From positions 124,001 to 188,000 of the forward strand of contig CAZCME010000005.1 of NCBI GenBank assembly GCA_964499705.1: a DNA stretch of 64,000 nucleotides. Direction: 5' to 3'. A program made the translations under genes and the position numbers. Positions 1 through 9,998 of the stretch are shown here, piece after piece (position 1 is the stretch's first letter; the number at the start of each line of letters is the position of its first letter). Origin of the DNA: an uncultured bacterium (GTDB lineage: Bacteria; UBA8481). Under the pieces are notes generated by a model. It was not told the origin of the DNA. It ran no database searches and saw only the letters and a list, made by a program, of their open reading frames with translations.

Positions 1-2
1 GA

Positions 3-1574
3 GCTCGCCAGGTCGGAAGATACGGGATCGGGATTCTCGGATTCTGGTCCGCGGGCCGCCATTTCGAAATGCGTTCCAGCGTCGACGGACAGGGAGTCCT
101 GGCCCTGCGGCTGACGGAAGATCATCCCGAGTATCATGTCCACGCGTTGAAGGGACGGCTTCCGCTGGAGGGGACGTGGACCGAGATCCGCGTTTCGTCG
201 TTGCATGCTTCCGCGCTTCGCGTTCTCACCGGCCGTCGGCTCGCTGATTATCTCGCTGCGGAACTGCGCGGCCAGATTCTCGAAAACAAGCTGTCGATCA
301 CCGTCGAGGATCGGCTGGGCCGGGGTCGCACCGAAAAGAGAATCCGACTCGAACCGCCGCCGTTCCGAGGGACGCCGATCGGCCCGCCGCAGGTTTCCAC
401 CCTGGAGGGCGAAATGCTGGCGCGCCTCCATCTCTTCCATGTTCCTGAGGATGAACGCGAGCTCGAAAAGCCGCGCGTCGGAATCTCAAGCCAGGGTTCG
501 CTCGTCGTCGAAGATCTAACGTTACTCGCCGAGTTTGCGCATGAGCCGTGGACGCTGGGCGTGATCGAAGGCAACATCGAGTGCGGCCGACTCTCGATTC
601 CGCCGGGCACAAGGCGCGGCATCGTGCCGGACGCGGTCTTTCTCGATTTCGTCGATCGCCTGACCGCGATCGAGCCGGACTTGATCTCGGAGATCGCGAT
701 GCGCGATTCGACGAAGAAGACAGTGCGCCAGGAGGAACTGCTCGGCGAGCTCCGGAAGGCGTTTCGCGAGGTCGCTCTGAAGCTACCCCACTACGACCTG
801 CTTCCGTCGACCGAAGCCGCGGAGAAGGGTCGCGCAACCGACGCGTCCTCAGCCGCTCCGGATGGCGGCACCATCGCGGATGCGACGACCGCCGCGGATC
901 CCGCTCCGGAATCGAGTCGCGCCGCCATGGAACCGGATAAGACGGATACCTCGGAAGAATGGAAGCCCGCCGCGCCGCTCCTTCCCCCGGCGCAGCTCGC
1001 ATCCGTGGAAATCCGGCCGCGTCGAGCGCGAATCGGATGGGGCGGCGAGAAAAAGTTCCGCGCGTATCCGGTCGACATCAATGGGAACGAAGCATCCGGA
1101 GAGATCGAGTGGACATGGACGTGCGAGGAACTTCCCGGCGCCGTGTTGGAAGTCCGCGAAGCGGAAGTTCTTCTGAAGGCCGGGAGCGGGGACGCCACGG
1201 GCAAGCTGCGCGTCGTCGCGCGGTCAACCGATCTCGAGGCGTCCGCGACGGCCGCGGTCCGCGTCACCGCGCTGGCGGGATCAAACCTCGAGAGCGGCGT
1301 ACCCGAACCGGCGCTTGTTTCCGAGCCGAACGAGAATTGGCGATCCAGGCGGAAAGGAACGCGCTGGGAAGTCAACAGCGCTCATCCCGATTATCGCTCG
1401 ACCGTGGTCGACGGCCGCCGGAGGCTTCGATACATGGCCGCTCTTTTCGCGAAAGAAATGGTGCATGCGACCTACGGCGACAGTCACACCGAACCGCTTC
1501 TTGAGCGATTGGTCGAGATATTGACCGCTGTCGATCTGCCTCTCTCGCGTCCGACACGCGGGCGCGCTACGTGA
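3..1574 (+). CDS. GHKL-family (HSP90/MORC-like) ATP-binding protein with C-terminal Ig-like domain, 5'-truncated by the window
   Basis: The frame of ORF 69..1574 is open to the window start and reads [15 protein letters not shown] (GxxGxG ATP-lid motif), later GTWTEI (G3-like). An Ala/Pro linker is followed by an Ig-like segment ([11 protein letters not shown]...[10 protein letters not shown]). Confidence 0.65.
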   Translation, partial: ARQVGRYGIGILGFWSAGRHFEMRSSVDGQGVLALRLTEDHPEYHVHALKGRLPLEGTWTEIRVSSLHASALRVLTGRRLADYLAAELRGQILENKLSITVEDRLGRGRTEKRIRLEPPPFRGTPIGPPQVSTLEGEMLARLHLFHVPEDERELEKPRVGISSQGSLVVEDLTLLAEFAHEPWTLGVIEGNIECGRLSIPPGTRRGIVPDAVFLDFVDRLTAIEPDLISEIAMRDSTKKTVRQEELLGELRKAFREVALKLPHYDLLPSTEAAEKGRATDASSAAPDGGTIADATTAADPAPESSRAAMEPDKTDTSEEWKPAAPLLPPAQLASVEIRPRRARIGWGGEKKFRAYPVDINGNEASGEIEWTWTCEELPGAVLEVREAEVLLKAGSGDATGKLRVVARSTDLEASATAAVRVTALAGSNLESGVPEPALVSEPNENWRSRRKGTRWEVNSAHPDYRSTVVDGRRRLRYMAALFAKEMVHATYGDSHTEPLLERLVEILTAVDLPLSRPTRGRAT

Positions 1575-1584
1575 AGGCGATGTC

Positions 1585-2796
1585 ATGACCGTCTACTCTT
1601 TTCGCGTAACCCTCGAGCGATTTCCGGATGTTTCGAGAACCATCGAGCTCGACGGTCGGCACACGCTCCAGGACCTGCATCATGCGATACAGCACGCGTT
1701 CCGATGGGACGACGATCATCTGTATGCCTTCTACATGACCGGAGATCTAGACGATGATCGCCACGAATATGTCTGTCCGCGAACGAAATATACTCCGCTT
1801 GTATTCCGTCCTTCCGCGCCTCCGAAGCGAGCCGCGGATACGCGCCTGGGTTTGCTGGGATTGTCGCCAGGATGGAAATTTCTTTACATCTTCGATTTCG
1901 GGGATATGTGGCGGCATTGGATCGCTGTGTTGAATATCGAGACGGAGCGGGAATTGAAGGACGCGCAAATTGTGGCACAGAGCGGCATCGCGCCCAAGCA
2001 GTATGGTTGGGACGAAGAAGGGGAGGTGGATCAGGGGGATCTTCTCCCTGAGAACGAAGAGGAATTAAAGAAGAGATGGGGGGCGCGAGGAGTTCTGCTG
2101 GACGAATGGAAGGTCATGCAGGGCGGATCGGATTCGCTCAACCGACAACTCGAGCTCGCGCGGCAGATTTTCGCGGCGTTCAAAGACGACGCCGAACTTT
2201 GGGAGGATACGGACAGCTTCCTCGGTTACGATCTATCCAACTGGATTCGCGATCTTCCGGAATCGCTCATCGACGATGGGCGGATCGATGAGGGTCTGGC
2301 TCTGGCGAAGGACTGGTCAGCGCTGGAAGACTTCGAGATGTTCCTCTCCGACACGGCCGTCATCTATGCGAAAGCAGGCCGGGAAGACGATGCGCGGCGG
2401 CAAATCGCATCCGACATCGCGCTCGCCCCCGATGATCCGGTCACGAGAATATCCGCGGGCAACGCGTTTCAGATACTGAACGACCTCCCGGCGGCGGAAG
2501 AGCAATTCCGAAAAGCATGCGAATGCGATGATCCCTTCGATGACTTCGATGCGTGGGTTCGGCTCATAGCCTTTCTACGCGAAACAGGAAGGGACGTTGA
2601 AGCCGCCCGCCTGGATGCGGATCTCCTTTTGGAGCGGTATGACGATTCCGACGGTGAAAAGAAATCGGATGGCAGCCCGCGAGATCTGCCCGTGTTTCAG
2701 CCCTACGTTCGAGAAGACCCGAAAGTCGGAAGGAACGATCCCTGCCCCTGCGGCTCCGGAAAGAAGTTCAAGAAATGTTGCGGAGCTCTGGCATGA
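1585..2796 (+). CDS. pRiA4b ORF-3 family protein with TPR-like helices and C-terminal SEC-C motif
   Basis: N-terminus [32 protein letters not shown]...[16 protein letters not shown]-terminus [20 protein letters not shown]. Confidence 0.85.
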   Translation: MTVYSFRVTLERFPDVSRTIELDGRHTLQDLHHAIQHAFRWDDDHLYAFYMTGDLDDDRHEYVCPRTKYTPLVFRPSAPPKRAADTRLGLLGLSPGWKFLYIFDFGDMWRHWIAVLNIETERELKDAQIVAQSGIAPKQYGWDEEGEVDQGDLLPENEEELKKRWGARGVLLDEWKVMQGGSDSLNRQLELARQIFAAFKDDAELWEDTDSFLGYDLSNWIRDLPESLIDDGRIDEGLALAKDWSALEDFEMFLSDTAVIYAKAGREDDARRQIASDIALAPDDPVTRISAGNAFQILNDLPAAEEQFRKACECDDPFDDFDAWVRLIAFLRETGRDVEAARLDADLLLERYDDSDGEKKSDGSPRDLPVFQPYVREDPKVGRNDPCPCGSGKKFKKCCGALA

Positions 2797-2848
2797 AAGT
2801 GCCAATGCAAATTGTGATGGAATCAGGAAGTCTGAATCTGGAATCAGT

Positions 2849-4081
2849 TCACCACGCGAGGCGGCGTCGGCGCCACTGCCAGATGGGAAGCAGGAGAATC
2901 GCCCAAGGAAGAAGCGCGCCTGCCACGGTGACGATCGCGGAGATACCCCAGGAGAAAAGCGTCGTCGCAAGTCCGAACGAGCCGGAGAATCGGTCGGTGA
3001 ACTGGTCCCAATAGAGGAGCGCGCCCTTACGCTCGGCGCGGCCTTCCGTGAGCGTCACCTCGATCGTCGCGTGGTCTGTGGCATTCTCCATCGCACGGCG
3101 CGACGACTCGATTCGGTCCCGATCCTCGCGGAGCCGTTCGAGTTCCGTTCGGGATCTCGCAATCTCTTCGGCGGCGAGACTCTGATCGGCGATTTTCGCG
3201 CGGAGCGTCTCCATCATTGTGTTCCGGTCGCGTATCGCGCCTTCGATGTCGCGATACGCGTCGGTTCGATCGTCTCCGCTGATTTTCTCGCCGGCAATCT
3301 CGCCCAGTTCGTGCAGGCTTGCGATCACTCCGTCGAACTTCGCGACGGGGATCTTCACGGTGAGCGTTGCGGTCGTCGGCGACGCATGCGTCGACTGAGC
3401 GAGGTTCGACGCGGTCACGATGCCGCCGGCTTCGGCGACGAGTCCGGAGACGCGCTTGAACGCGGGACGGACACTCTCGACAGCGAGGTCGAGCAACGCC
3501 GATCGCTGGACGCGGCGAGGGGCGTTGAGCGAGGTCGGTTCAGGACCGGGAAATTCTGCATGACGAAGGTTCATGGACACGCCGCCATTCATGGGTTCGG
3601 GGGAGGTCTGTTGGTCCTGTTCGGCAACGGCAGCGGCAGGAACGGACTTCGCACGAGCCGCCGACGTGAGGCCGTCGGCAACGTCCGGCAAGGCGGCCTG
3701 ATTCTGCCCCTCCGTTCCTGTTCCCACCGCGGCCGAAAACATATTCCGCTTAGGTCCCCCCAGTGCAACGAATACGGAGATGACGATGACAGCAACAAGT
3801 CCGACGATCGTTCCATATGCGTACAGCATCGAACGCGATCCGGACGACATGGTCCGTCCTTTGATCACAACCCAGGCCGCGTCGATATCCGGCGCCTCGT
3901 CTTCCTCAATCGACAGCGCCTTGACCGCGTTCCGCGCGACGTAGATCTCCTCCCACAATGACCGGCACGTCTCGCACTCCCCGGCATGAGCTCGCAGGTC
4001 GGACTCCTGCTCGGCGGTGAGCGTTCCCTCCCAGATTGCATTTTCCAACGACGCGGCTCGCGCGCAGACAATTTCAGACAT
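2849..4081 (-). CDS. zinc-finger (zf-HC2) anti-sigma factor fused to a DUF4349-type domain
   Basis: HAGECETC motif, TM helix, then ATLTVKIPVAKFD...DRTDAYRD, a coiled coil and C-terminal TM followed by RRRR. Start placed at ATG 4081 (SD AGGAGG; overlaps the sigma gene end). Confidence 0.75.
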   Translation of the reverse strand: MSEIVCARAASLENAIWEGTLTAEQESDLRAHAGECETCRSLWEEIYVARNAVKALSIEEDEAPDIDAAWVVIKGRTMSSGSRSMLYAYGTIVGLVAVIVISVFVALGGPKRNMFSAAVGTGTEGQNQAALPDVADGLTSAARAKSVPAAAVAEQDQQTSPEPMNGGVSMNLRHAEFPGPEPTSLNAPRRVQRSALLDLAVESVRPAFKRVSGLVAEAGGIVTASNLAQSTHASPTTATLTVKIPVAKFDGVIASLHELGEIAGEKISGDDRTDAYRDIEGAIRDRNTMMETLRAKIADQSLAAEEIARSRTELERLREDRDRIESSRRAMENATDHATIEVTLTEGRAERKGALLYWDQFTDRFSGSFGLATTLFSWGISAIVTVAGALLPWAILLLPIWQWRRRRLAW

Positions 4082-4745
4082 CGGACTCGCCTCCTTTCCT
4101 CGTGAATTCGCATCCCTGCGCAAGGCGCGCATACACCTCGCGGAACCTCCGCCGCGCGCGGTGCAGGCGCACTTTGTACGCGCCAATGGTGAGGCGCATC
4201 AATTCCGCGGCCTCGGCCTGCGGCAGATCTTCGATCTCGAAGAGGATGATCGCGGCGCGGTCGGCGGGATCGAGCGCACCGAGCGCACGGTGCACGGCAT
4301 CACGCGTTTCGTTCGTTTCGACGGTTCGAGTAGGATCGTCCGGCGCGATCGCTGTTTCGAATATCGAAGTCGGCTTGCGTCGTCTCAGCACGTCGAGCGC
4401 CACCCGTCGGATGATCGTGACGATCCACGCCGCCAGTCCGTCCGGGCTCTCGCCTTTGAACGACCTTCGTGCGTTCCAACTCCGGACGAACCCCTCCTGC
4501 GCCGCCTCTTCCGCATCAGCGCGATCAAGGAGGATGCGCCGCGCCGCGCGGAATCCGATCGGCCACATAGTCCGGAAGATCCGCTCGAAGATCTCGGTGT
4601 TTCCCGCGCGGAAGTCGATGATGTCGGGTGCAGAGAGATGAAGCGGTCCGCCAGGTCGTGCCTTCGTGTCAATCGTGTCGATCATCGCGGGCATCGCATC
4701 CCTTTGGTCCTCCCGCACGGCGATAGTCTGCATCGGTTCCTCCAT
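4074..4745 (-). CDS. ECF sigma-70 family RNA polymerase sigma factor
   Basis: Region 2 DAEEAAQEGFVRSW...AAWIVTI; region 4 GAYKVRLHRARRRF. Confidence 0.9.
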   Translation of the reverse strand: MEEPMQTIAVREDQRDAMPAMIDTIDTKARPGGPLHLSAPDIIDFRAGNTEIFERIFRTMWPIGFRAARRILLDRADAEEAAQEGFVRSWNARRSFKGESPDGLAAWIVTIIRRVALDVLRRRKPTSIFETAIAPDDPTRTVETNETRDAVHRALGALDPADRAAIILFEIEDLPQAEAAELMRLTIGAYKVRLHRARRRFREVYARLAQGCEFTRKGGESDV

Positions 4746-4756
4746 CGTTCACACCA

Positions 4757-4785
4757 TGGACGAATGAACCGGAGAAAAGGTTACA
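4757..4785 (-). promoter_or_regulatory. putative ECF sigma promoter
   Basis: Minus strand reads TGTAACCTTTTC-N12-GTCCA (AAC in -35, CGTC in -10) just upstream of the ECF gene start. Confidence 0.55.
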
Positions 4786-4937
4786 GGAAATCATCTGAAT
4801 TGGTACTCTCCTTCCTGCCGCGTTATCCTCCATAAATGCTGCGTAAGTGATGTAAAAAGAAAAGCGAGAAGAGTGAAGAGAGAAAAGAAAATCCTCCGCG
4901 ACCGCGGACTCTATTTTATCCCATCGAAAGGCATATT

Positions 4938-4964
4938 TTCGTGTGGTTCGTGTGGTTCGTGGTT
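4938..4964. repeat. 9-bp tandem repeat (TTCGTGTGG)x2-TTCGTGGTT, half-copy of the palindromic element family
   Basis: Ends in TTCGTGGTT like the right arm of the 50722..50858 element. Confidence 0.55.
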
Positions 4965-5065
4965 AGAGATTCTTCAGTTGGGGAACTTCTGAGCCCAGGG
5001 ATTATTTCTTGACGGAATTACATGAAGCCATGGCATGACCATGCAGACGCCACCTCGAGAGCAGA

Positions 5066-6751
5066 TCAGCGCGCCGATTTCGCCAGCTTCTTGTACTTGA
5101 TCCGGTGCGGTCGGTCGGCGTCGGCGCCGAGCCTCTTGTGCCGGTCGGCATCGTACTCCGAATAATTTCCCTCGAACCAGACGTAGCCGCTCTCCCCTTC
5201 GAACGCGAGGATATGCGTCACGACGCGATCGAGGAACCACCGGTCGTGACTGATGATGACGGCGCAGCCGGCGAAATTTTCCAGCGCTTCTTCCAGCGCG
5301 CGGATCGCGTTCACGTCCAGGTCGTTCGTCGGTTCGTCCATCAGCAGGAGATTCGCGCCGGATTTCAGCATCTTCGCCAGGTGGACGCGGTTGCGCTCGC
5401 CGCCGGAAAGAACGCTCACGGGCTTCTGCTGATCCGTCCCCGTGAAGTTGAACTGGGAGACGTACGCGCGCGAATTCAATTTCACCGGGCCCATTTCCAG
5501 GATGTCGGCACCGCCGGATATTTCCTCCCAGACGGTCTTCTTCCCGTCCAGAGCGTCGCGGGACTGGTCGACGTAGCCGATCTTGACGGTCTGCCCGACC
5601 TTGATGCTGCCCGCGTCGGGCTTCTCCTGGTCGACGATCATCCGGAAGAGCGTCGTCTTGCCGGCGCCGTTGGGGCCGATGATCCCGACGATGCCGCCGG
5701 GCGGTATCGTGAACGTGAGATTCTCGTACAGCAGTTTCTCCGAATACGATTTCGCGACTCCGGCGAACTCGATGGCGACGTCGCCCAGCCGCGGTCCCGG
5801 CGGAATGAAGATCTCCAGCTTGTCGATCTTCTCCTTGCCCATCTGGTTCAGGAGATCGTTGTAGGCGTTGATCCTCGCCTTGCCCTTCGCGCGCCGCCCG
5901 GATGGCGACATCTTGATCCACTCCAGCTCGCGCGAGAGAACGAGCTGCCGCTTCGATTCGCTTTTCTCCTCGACGCGCAGCCGCTCCTGCTTCTGCTCCA
6001 GCCACGACGTGTAGTTCCCCTTGAACGGCACGCCTTCGCCGCGGTCCAGCTCGAGGATCCATCCCGCGACATTGTCGAGAAAATACCGGTCGTGCGTCAC
6101 GGCGATGACCGTGCCCGCGTAATCGTGAAGATGCTTCTCCAGCCACTGCACCGATTCCGCGTCGAGATGGTTCGTCGGTTCGTCCAGGAGGAGGATATCC
6201 GGGGAGGTCAGGAGCAGGCGGCACAGGGCGACCCGGCGCCGTTCGCCTCCGGAGATGACCTTCACCGGCGTATCGCCCGAGGGACAACGGAGCGCGTCCA
6301 TCGCCATCTCCAGGCGCGAATCGAGATCCCACGCGTCCGCCGCGTCGATCTTCTCCTGCAACGCGCTCTGCTTGTCGATGAGCTTCTCCATCTCCTCGGG
6401 CGTCATCTCCTCGCCCAGCTTCGCGCAGACGGCCTCGTAATCCTTCACGAGTCCGACAAGATTTCCGAGTCCCTCCTCGACAACCTCCTTCACCGTCTTG
6501 GAGTCGTCGAGATGCGGTTCCTGTTCCAGAAAGCCTACGGAGTAACCTTTGACGATGGATGTCTCGCCCTCGTATTCCTTCTCCACGCCCGCCATGATCC
6601 GCAGGAGCGTCGACTTGCCGGAGCCGTTGTAACCCAGGACGCCGATCTTGGCGCCGTAGAAGTACGAGAGGGAAATATCCTTCAGGACCTGCTTCTTCGG
6701 AGGATAGATCTTGCCCACGCGATGCATGGTGTAGATGATCTGGTCGGCCAT
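5066..6751 (-). CDS. ettA: energy-dependent translational throttle protein EttA (ABC-F ATPase)
   Basis: Typical N-terminus IIYTMHRVGKIYPPKKQVLKDISLSYFYGAKIGVLG, two ABC domains, C-terminus PHRIKYKKL. Confidence 0.95.
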   Translation of the reverse strand: MADQIIYTMHRVGKIYPPKKQVLKDISLSYFYGAKIGVLGYNGSGKSTLLRIMAGVEKEYEGETSIVKGYSVGFLEQEPHLDDSKTVKEVVEEGLGNLVGLVKDYEAVCAKLGEEMTPEEMEKLIDKQSALQEKIDAADAWDLDSRLEMAMDALRCPSGDTPVKVISGGERRRVALCRLLLTSPDILLLDEPTNHLDAESVQWLEKHLHDYAGTVIAVTHDRYFLDNVAGWILELDRGEGVPFKGNYTSWLEQKQERLRVEEKSESKRQLVLSRELEWIKMSPSGRRAKGKARINAYNDLLNQMGKEKIDKLEIFIPPGPRLGDVAIEFAGVAKSYSEKLLYENLTFTIPPGGIVGIIGPNGAGKTTLFRMIVDQEKPDAGSIKVGQTVKIGYVDQSRDALDGKKTVWEEISGGADILEMGPVKLNSRAYVSQFNFTGTDQQKPVSVLSGGERNRVHLAKMLKSGANLLLMDEPTNDLDVNAIRALEEALENFAGCAVIISHDRWFLDRVVTHILAFEGESGYVWFEGNYSEYDADRHKRLGADADRPHRIKYKKLAKSAR

Positions 6752-7113
6752 TATTCGCGGTGCGCTTTCTCGAAGGTGAACGCGGGGACGCAGATCGCCC
6801 AGTACTCCGTCTCCTCCTCGAAGGGATTGGAATACCGCACGCGCGCGCCCTTGCGGACGAGAACGCTCTCGCCGGCGCCCAGGACGATCTCCTCGCCGTC
6901 GACCTCCACTTTCTTCCGGCCGCGGATGACGATGGTCGTCTCGTCGAAGTCGGGACGCTGAGGAGGTTCGCTCCAGCCCGGAGGCGCGATCATGTGCGCC
7001 ACGCTGAATCCGGTGTCGCGCGACGAGGCGGCGCCGTAGTGTTCCTCGATCACTTTTCCATCCGTCGTGGGCACGACGAAGGGAGCAACCTGCTTGAGAT
7101 AATTCGGGCTCAT
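6751..7113 (-). CDS. cupin domain protein
   Basis: SVAHMIAPPGWSEPPQRPDFDE...LGAGESVLVRKGARVRYSNP; coupled to both neighbours by overlapping start/stop. Confidence 0.85.
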   Translation of the reverse strand: MSPNYLKQVAPFVVPTTDGKVIEEHYGAASSRDTGFSVAHMIAPPGWSEPPQRPDFDETTIVIRGRKKVEVDGEEIVLGAGESVLVRKGARVRYSNPFEEETEYWAICVPAFTFEKAHRE

Positions 7114-8714
7114 AAAGTTTTCAGGTACTCTATCAGGTCGGATTTCCCTGCGTCAGGTAAATCCGTTCCGTAGTCATGGCCGGCGTTCGAATCCGTCGGA
7201 TTTCGAGCGTTGAAAAGATACGTTCCCGTGTCCGTGTATCCCATCAAAGCGACGTCGAATGCTCCGGACCCTCGGCGATATTTCGCAGCCCGATCCGTCG
7301 AGCGCGCCAGAAGTTCGCGCATGGTCCGGACGGATCCATTGTGCAGATACGGTGAGCGCGCCCAGACGCCGGCCAGGTCCGACGCCCAGTATTTTCCCGT
7401 CGCTCGGAAGGGCGGACCGTTGTACGTATAGCCGGGTATGCGCAGCCTCTTGTAGAGACTTTCATAGAGCCGCGCCTGCTTTGCGTCGATCTGCTTCGAC
7501 CGGTTCGGATCCGTTCCGATCTTCGACGGATCGTGCAGCCGATCGTTGTCGCTCGCCTCGTGGCACGACGCGCACTCGGACTGATAGTGAGCGCGGCCTC
7601 TCCGCGCCGCTTCGCGATCGATCATCCAGGGATACCGCGGAGCGCGGATCGATTCCGAGAGGTCCGTCTGCCGCCGGATGGCGGCCATGTCGATGCGTCC
7701 CTCGTCGCCGATGAGCGGACCGCCGAGACCCAGGGCCGCGGCCATGTTGCGGAGCAACGGATTGTCGTTGTTGCCGTCCCAGTGAACCCACGCGCGGTTG
7801 CGGACATTCCAGACGAGCCCGAACTTCACGTTCGCGGGCGGAATCAGTTCGCCGAAGAGAACGGCGGACAGCAGGGCGAAGGCGTCGTTGCGGCCGGGGC
7901 CAGGAGGTGGCGGCGCCGAGGTCGGGATGGCATCGGGGACATGAAGAGCGGCGCGCATGTTGTGGAAGAGCTTAAGGAAGGCGCCGGTTGTCCTGCCGAG
8001 ATCGGCTCCCTTAACCAGTGCGGCGTGTTCGAGCCGCAGGTCGGAGGGATCGATCTCATGGAGTCCGCCGGCTGCGATGCCGACCGCGCCGAAGGGATCG
8101 GCCTTTGCGGCTTGGGAAATTTTCCGGGCCTGTTTCCGAAGAAGCGTTTTCATCAATCGATCGGCCTCCGCCCCGCCCGCGGGATCGGAAGCGCGGCGAT
8201 AGGCCGCCAGGAATTTTTTCATCTGCGCCGGATCGGCCGTGCGGAATGTCGCCACGATGAGAGAACCGATGAAGGCCATCGGATCGAAGTGCGAGGTCAT
8301 GCCGAGAACGCGCCGGGGCGGTCCTCCATCAGGCCCGGCGATTTCCCCGACATGGCAGGAGGCGCAGTTGACTCCCAGAGAGGAAAGGCCCGCGAGGTGC
8401 GGGACGTTTCGACGGCTGAAACCGATCGGCAGATCGGTCGGTCCGTCGGTGATGATGCCGAACGCGGAGAGTCCCTCCTTCGGATAAAGATCCGGATAGA
8501 TTTCCATGAAGGCTGTCAAGACGTGTTCCGGGATCACTTCCGTCGACATCGTTCCGTTCATGAAGAAGGCGAGATCGTCGTCCGACCAATCCGGCGTCTG
8601 AGCCGGGTCCGTGCGATACCGCGTCAGTTTCGGCAGGACCTCGGAATCGGGCACGGGCACGCATGAAACCAGGGCTGCCAGCAGAAAGACCGTCGCGAGG
8701 ATGCGAATTCTCAT
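7110..8714 (-). CDS. diheme c-type cytochrome, RoxA/cytochrome c peroxidase-like, probable lipoprotein
   Basis: Two CASCH heme motifs, GPGRNDAF, GVWARSPYLHNGSVRTMRELL, SNAGHDYG...LIEYLKTL; lipobox-like LVSC. Confidence 0.8.
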   Translation of the reverse strand: MRIRILATVFLLAALVSCVPVPDSEVLPKLTRYRTDPAQTPDWSDDDLAFFMNGTMSTEVIPEHVLTAFMEIYPDLYPKEGLSAFGIITDGPTDLPIGFSRRNVPHLAGLSSLGVNCASCHVGEIAGPDGGPPRRVLGMTSHFDPMAFIGSLIVATFRTADPAQMKKFLAAYRRASDPAGGAEADRLMKTLLRKQARKISQAAKADPFGAVGIAAGGLHEIDPSDLRLEHAALVKGADLGRTTGAFLKLFHNMRAALHVPDAIPTSAPPPPGPGRNDAFALLSAVLFGELIPPANVKFGLVWNVRNRAWVHWDGNNDNPLLRNMAAALGLGGPLIGDEGRIDMAAIRRQTDLSESIRAPRYPWMIDREAARRGRAHYQSECASCHEASDNDRLHDPSKIGTDPNRSKQIDAKQARLYESLYKRLRIPGYTYNGPPFRATGKYWASDLAGVWARSPYLHNGSVRTMRELLARSTDRAAKYRRGSGAFDVALMGYTDTGTYLFNARNPTDSNAGHDYGTDLPDAGKSDLIEYLKTL

Positions 8715-8809
8715 GCGGCCGAATCCTTCCTATACTCAAGGCTATGCATCGTTCTCGTGTTGTATCAGGCGCGCGGTCTCCTCGTCAATTTTCTTCCGCT
8801 GACCGGCTA

Positions 8810-8834
8810 AACCTTTTCAGGAGCGTCCTGTCCA
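8810..8834 (+). promoter_or_regulatory. putative ECF sigma promoter
   Basis: AACCTTTTC-N11-GTCCA 12 nt before the ECF start; matches the motif at 4757..4782. Confidence 0.5.
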
Positions 8835-8846
8835 ACGGGTCAGAAG

Positions 8847-9380
8847 GTGATGAATCATGCGGCACTCATGTCCATCGGTAGCGTTTCGGATGCGGAAGAG
8901 CATTTCGGCCGACTCTATCGGGAGAACCGGGATCGGCTCCGTGGAGCCGCGTTCCGGCTCACCGGTTCCGACGACCGCGCCGACGAGCTCGTCTCCGAGG
9001 CGTTCACCCGAGCCTGGGAGCACTTCGGCCGATTTCGCGGCGAAGCGTCTTTCTCCACATGGATCCATCGGATCCTCCTTAACCTCGTTTACAGCATCGG
9101 CCGCGCCCGGGAATTCACGCTCCACGAGGACCTCCCCATCGCGGACGAGCACCGTCACGGCCCTCACGCGCAGGCGGAGGCTTCCGAGATCAGGACGCGC
9201 ATCGACCTCGCTCTCGCCGAGCTGTCCCCGATGCAACGGGAAGTTTTTCTCCTTCGGGAGTTCGAAGATATGAAGCACGCGGAGATCGCGGCGAAGCTGG
9301 GCATGGCGGAGAGCACATCGAAGGTTCACTACTTCCACGCCGTGAAGCGGCTGAAGGAGAAATTGCATGACCTCGCCTGA
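8847..9380 (+). CDS. ECF sigma-70 family RNA polymerase sigma factor
   Basis: FRGEASFSTWIHRI and EIAAKLGMAESTSKVHYFHAVKRL. Confidence 0.9.
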   Translation: MMNHAALMSIGSVSDAEEHFGRLYRENRDRLRGAAFRLTGSDDRADELVSEAFTRAWEHFGRFRGEASFSTWIHRILLNLVYSIGRAREFTLHEDLPIADEHRHGPHAQAEASEIRTRIDLALAELSPMQREVFLLREFEDMKHAEIAAKLGMAESTSKVHYFHAVKRLKEKLHDLA

Positions 9381-9954
9381 CGAACATTCGAACGAAGCAT
9401 GCCGCGCCGCGGAACCCGCGCTCGGAGCGCTCCTGTCCGGCGACTTCACCCGCGAGGAATTCGTTCTCGCCAATCGCCATCTCGCGGATTGCTCCGCGTG
9501 CCGCGCCGTCTTCGGATCGATCCATGCTTTTCCGTCCGAATTTCGCGCGGCCTATGGTATCGAGCGAAAAGCGGGCAAGCCCTCGCGACGGTATGAATTC
9601 GCGGCGGTGGCGGCCGTTGCCGCATCGATCCTGCTGGCGTTTTCGCTCATCATGGCGGATAGAAATCCTGTCCCCGTTTCACCCGGCCCTTCAGTTCCGG
9701 AATTGGCCCAGGTGGTTGCGCCACCGGCCCGGATCGAGGAGGCGGCCAGAGAGCAGGTCGTGTCGCCGGCGATCACGGCCACGATCGAGACGGCCGCGGT
9801 CGCTCGCAGAGTGCGGACAGCCACGAGGCGTCCTTCTTCGACTGTGCAGCCCGCGCGACAGGATCTGTTGACGCCGATCGTAGTGCAGGAGACCGATCTC
9901 GCGGAGATGCTGAACGATCTGACGGATGAAGAACTTCTCAACTTGATTTCTTGA
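9367..9954 (+). CDS. zf-HC2 anti-sigma factor, membrane-anchored
   Basis: HLADCSAC motif, TM AAVAAVAASILLAFSL; overlaps the sigma gene. Confidence 0.8.
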   Translation: MTSPDEHSNEACRAAEPALGALLSGDFTREEFVLANRHLADCSACRAVFGSIHAFPSEFRAAYGIERKAGKPSRRYEFAAVAAVAASILLAFSLIMADRNPVPVSPGPSVPELAQVVAPPARIEEAAREQVVSPAITATIETAAVARRVRTATRRPSSTVQPARQDLLTPIVVQETDLAEMLNDLTDEELLNLIS

Positions 9955-9998
9955 AATACAGGTTGCGGCCTCATAACCGCGGAAAGGAAGGATCAACA

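Noticed and set aside
2819-2846. Degenerate heptamer run GGAATCA/GGAAGTC/TGAATCT/GGAATCA between convergent genes
   Set aside because: Too short and degenerate to call as an element.
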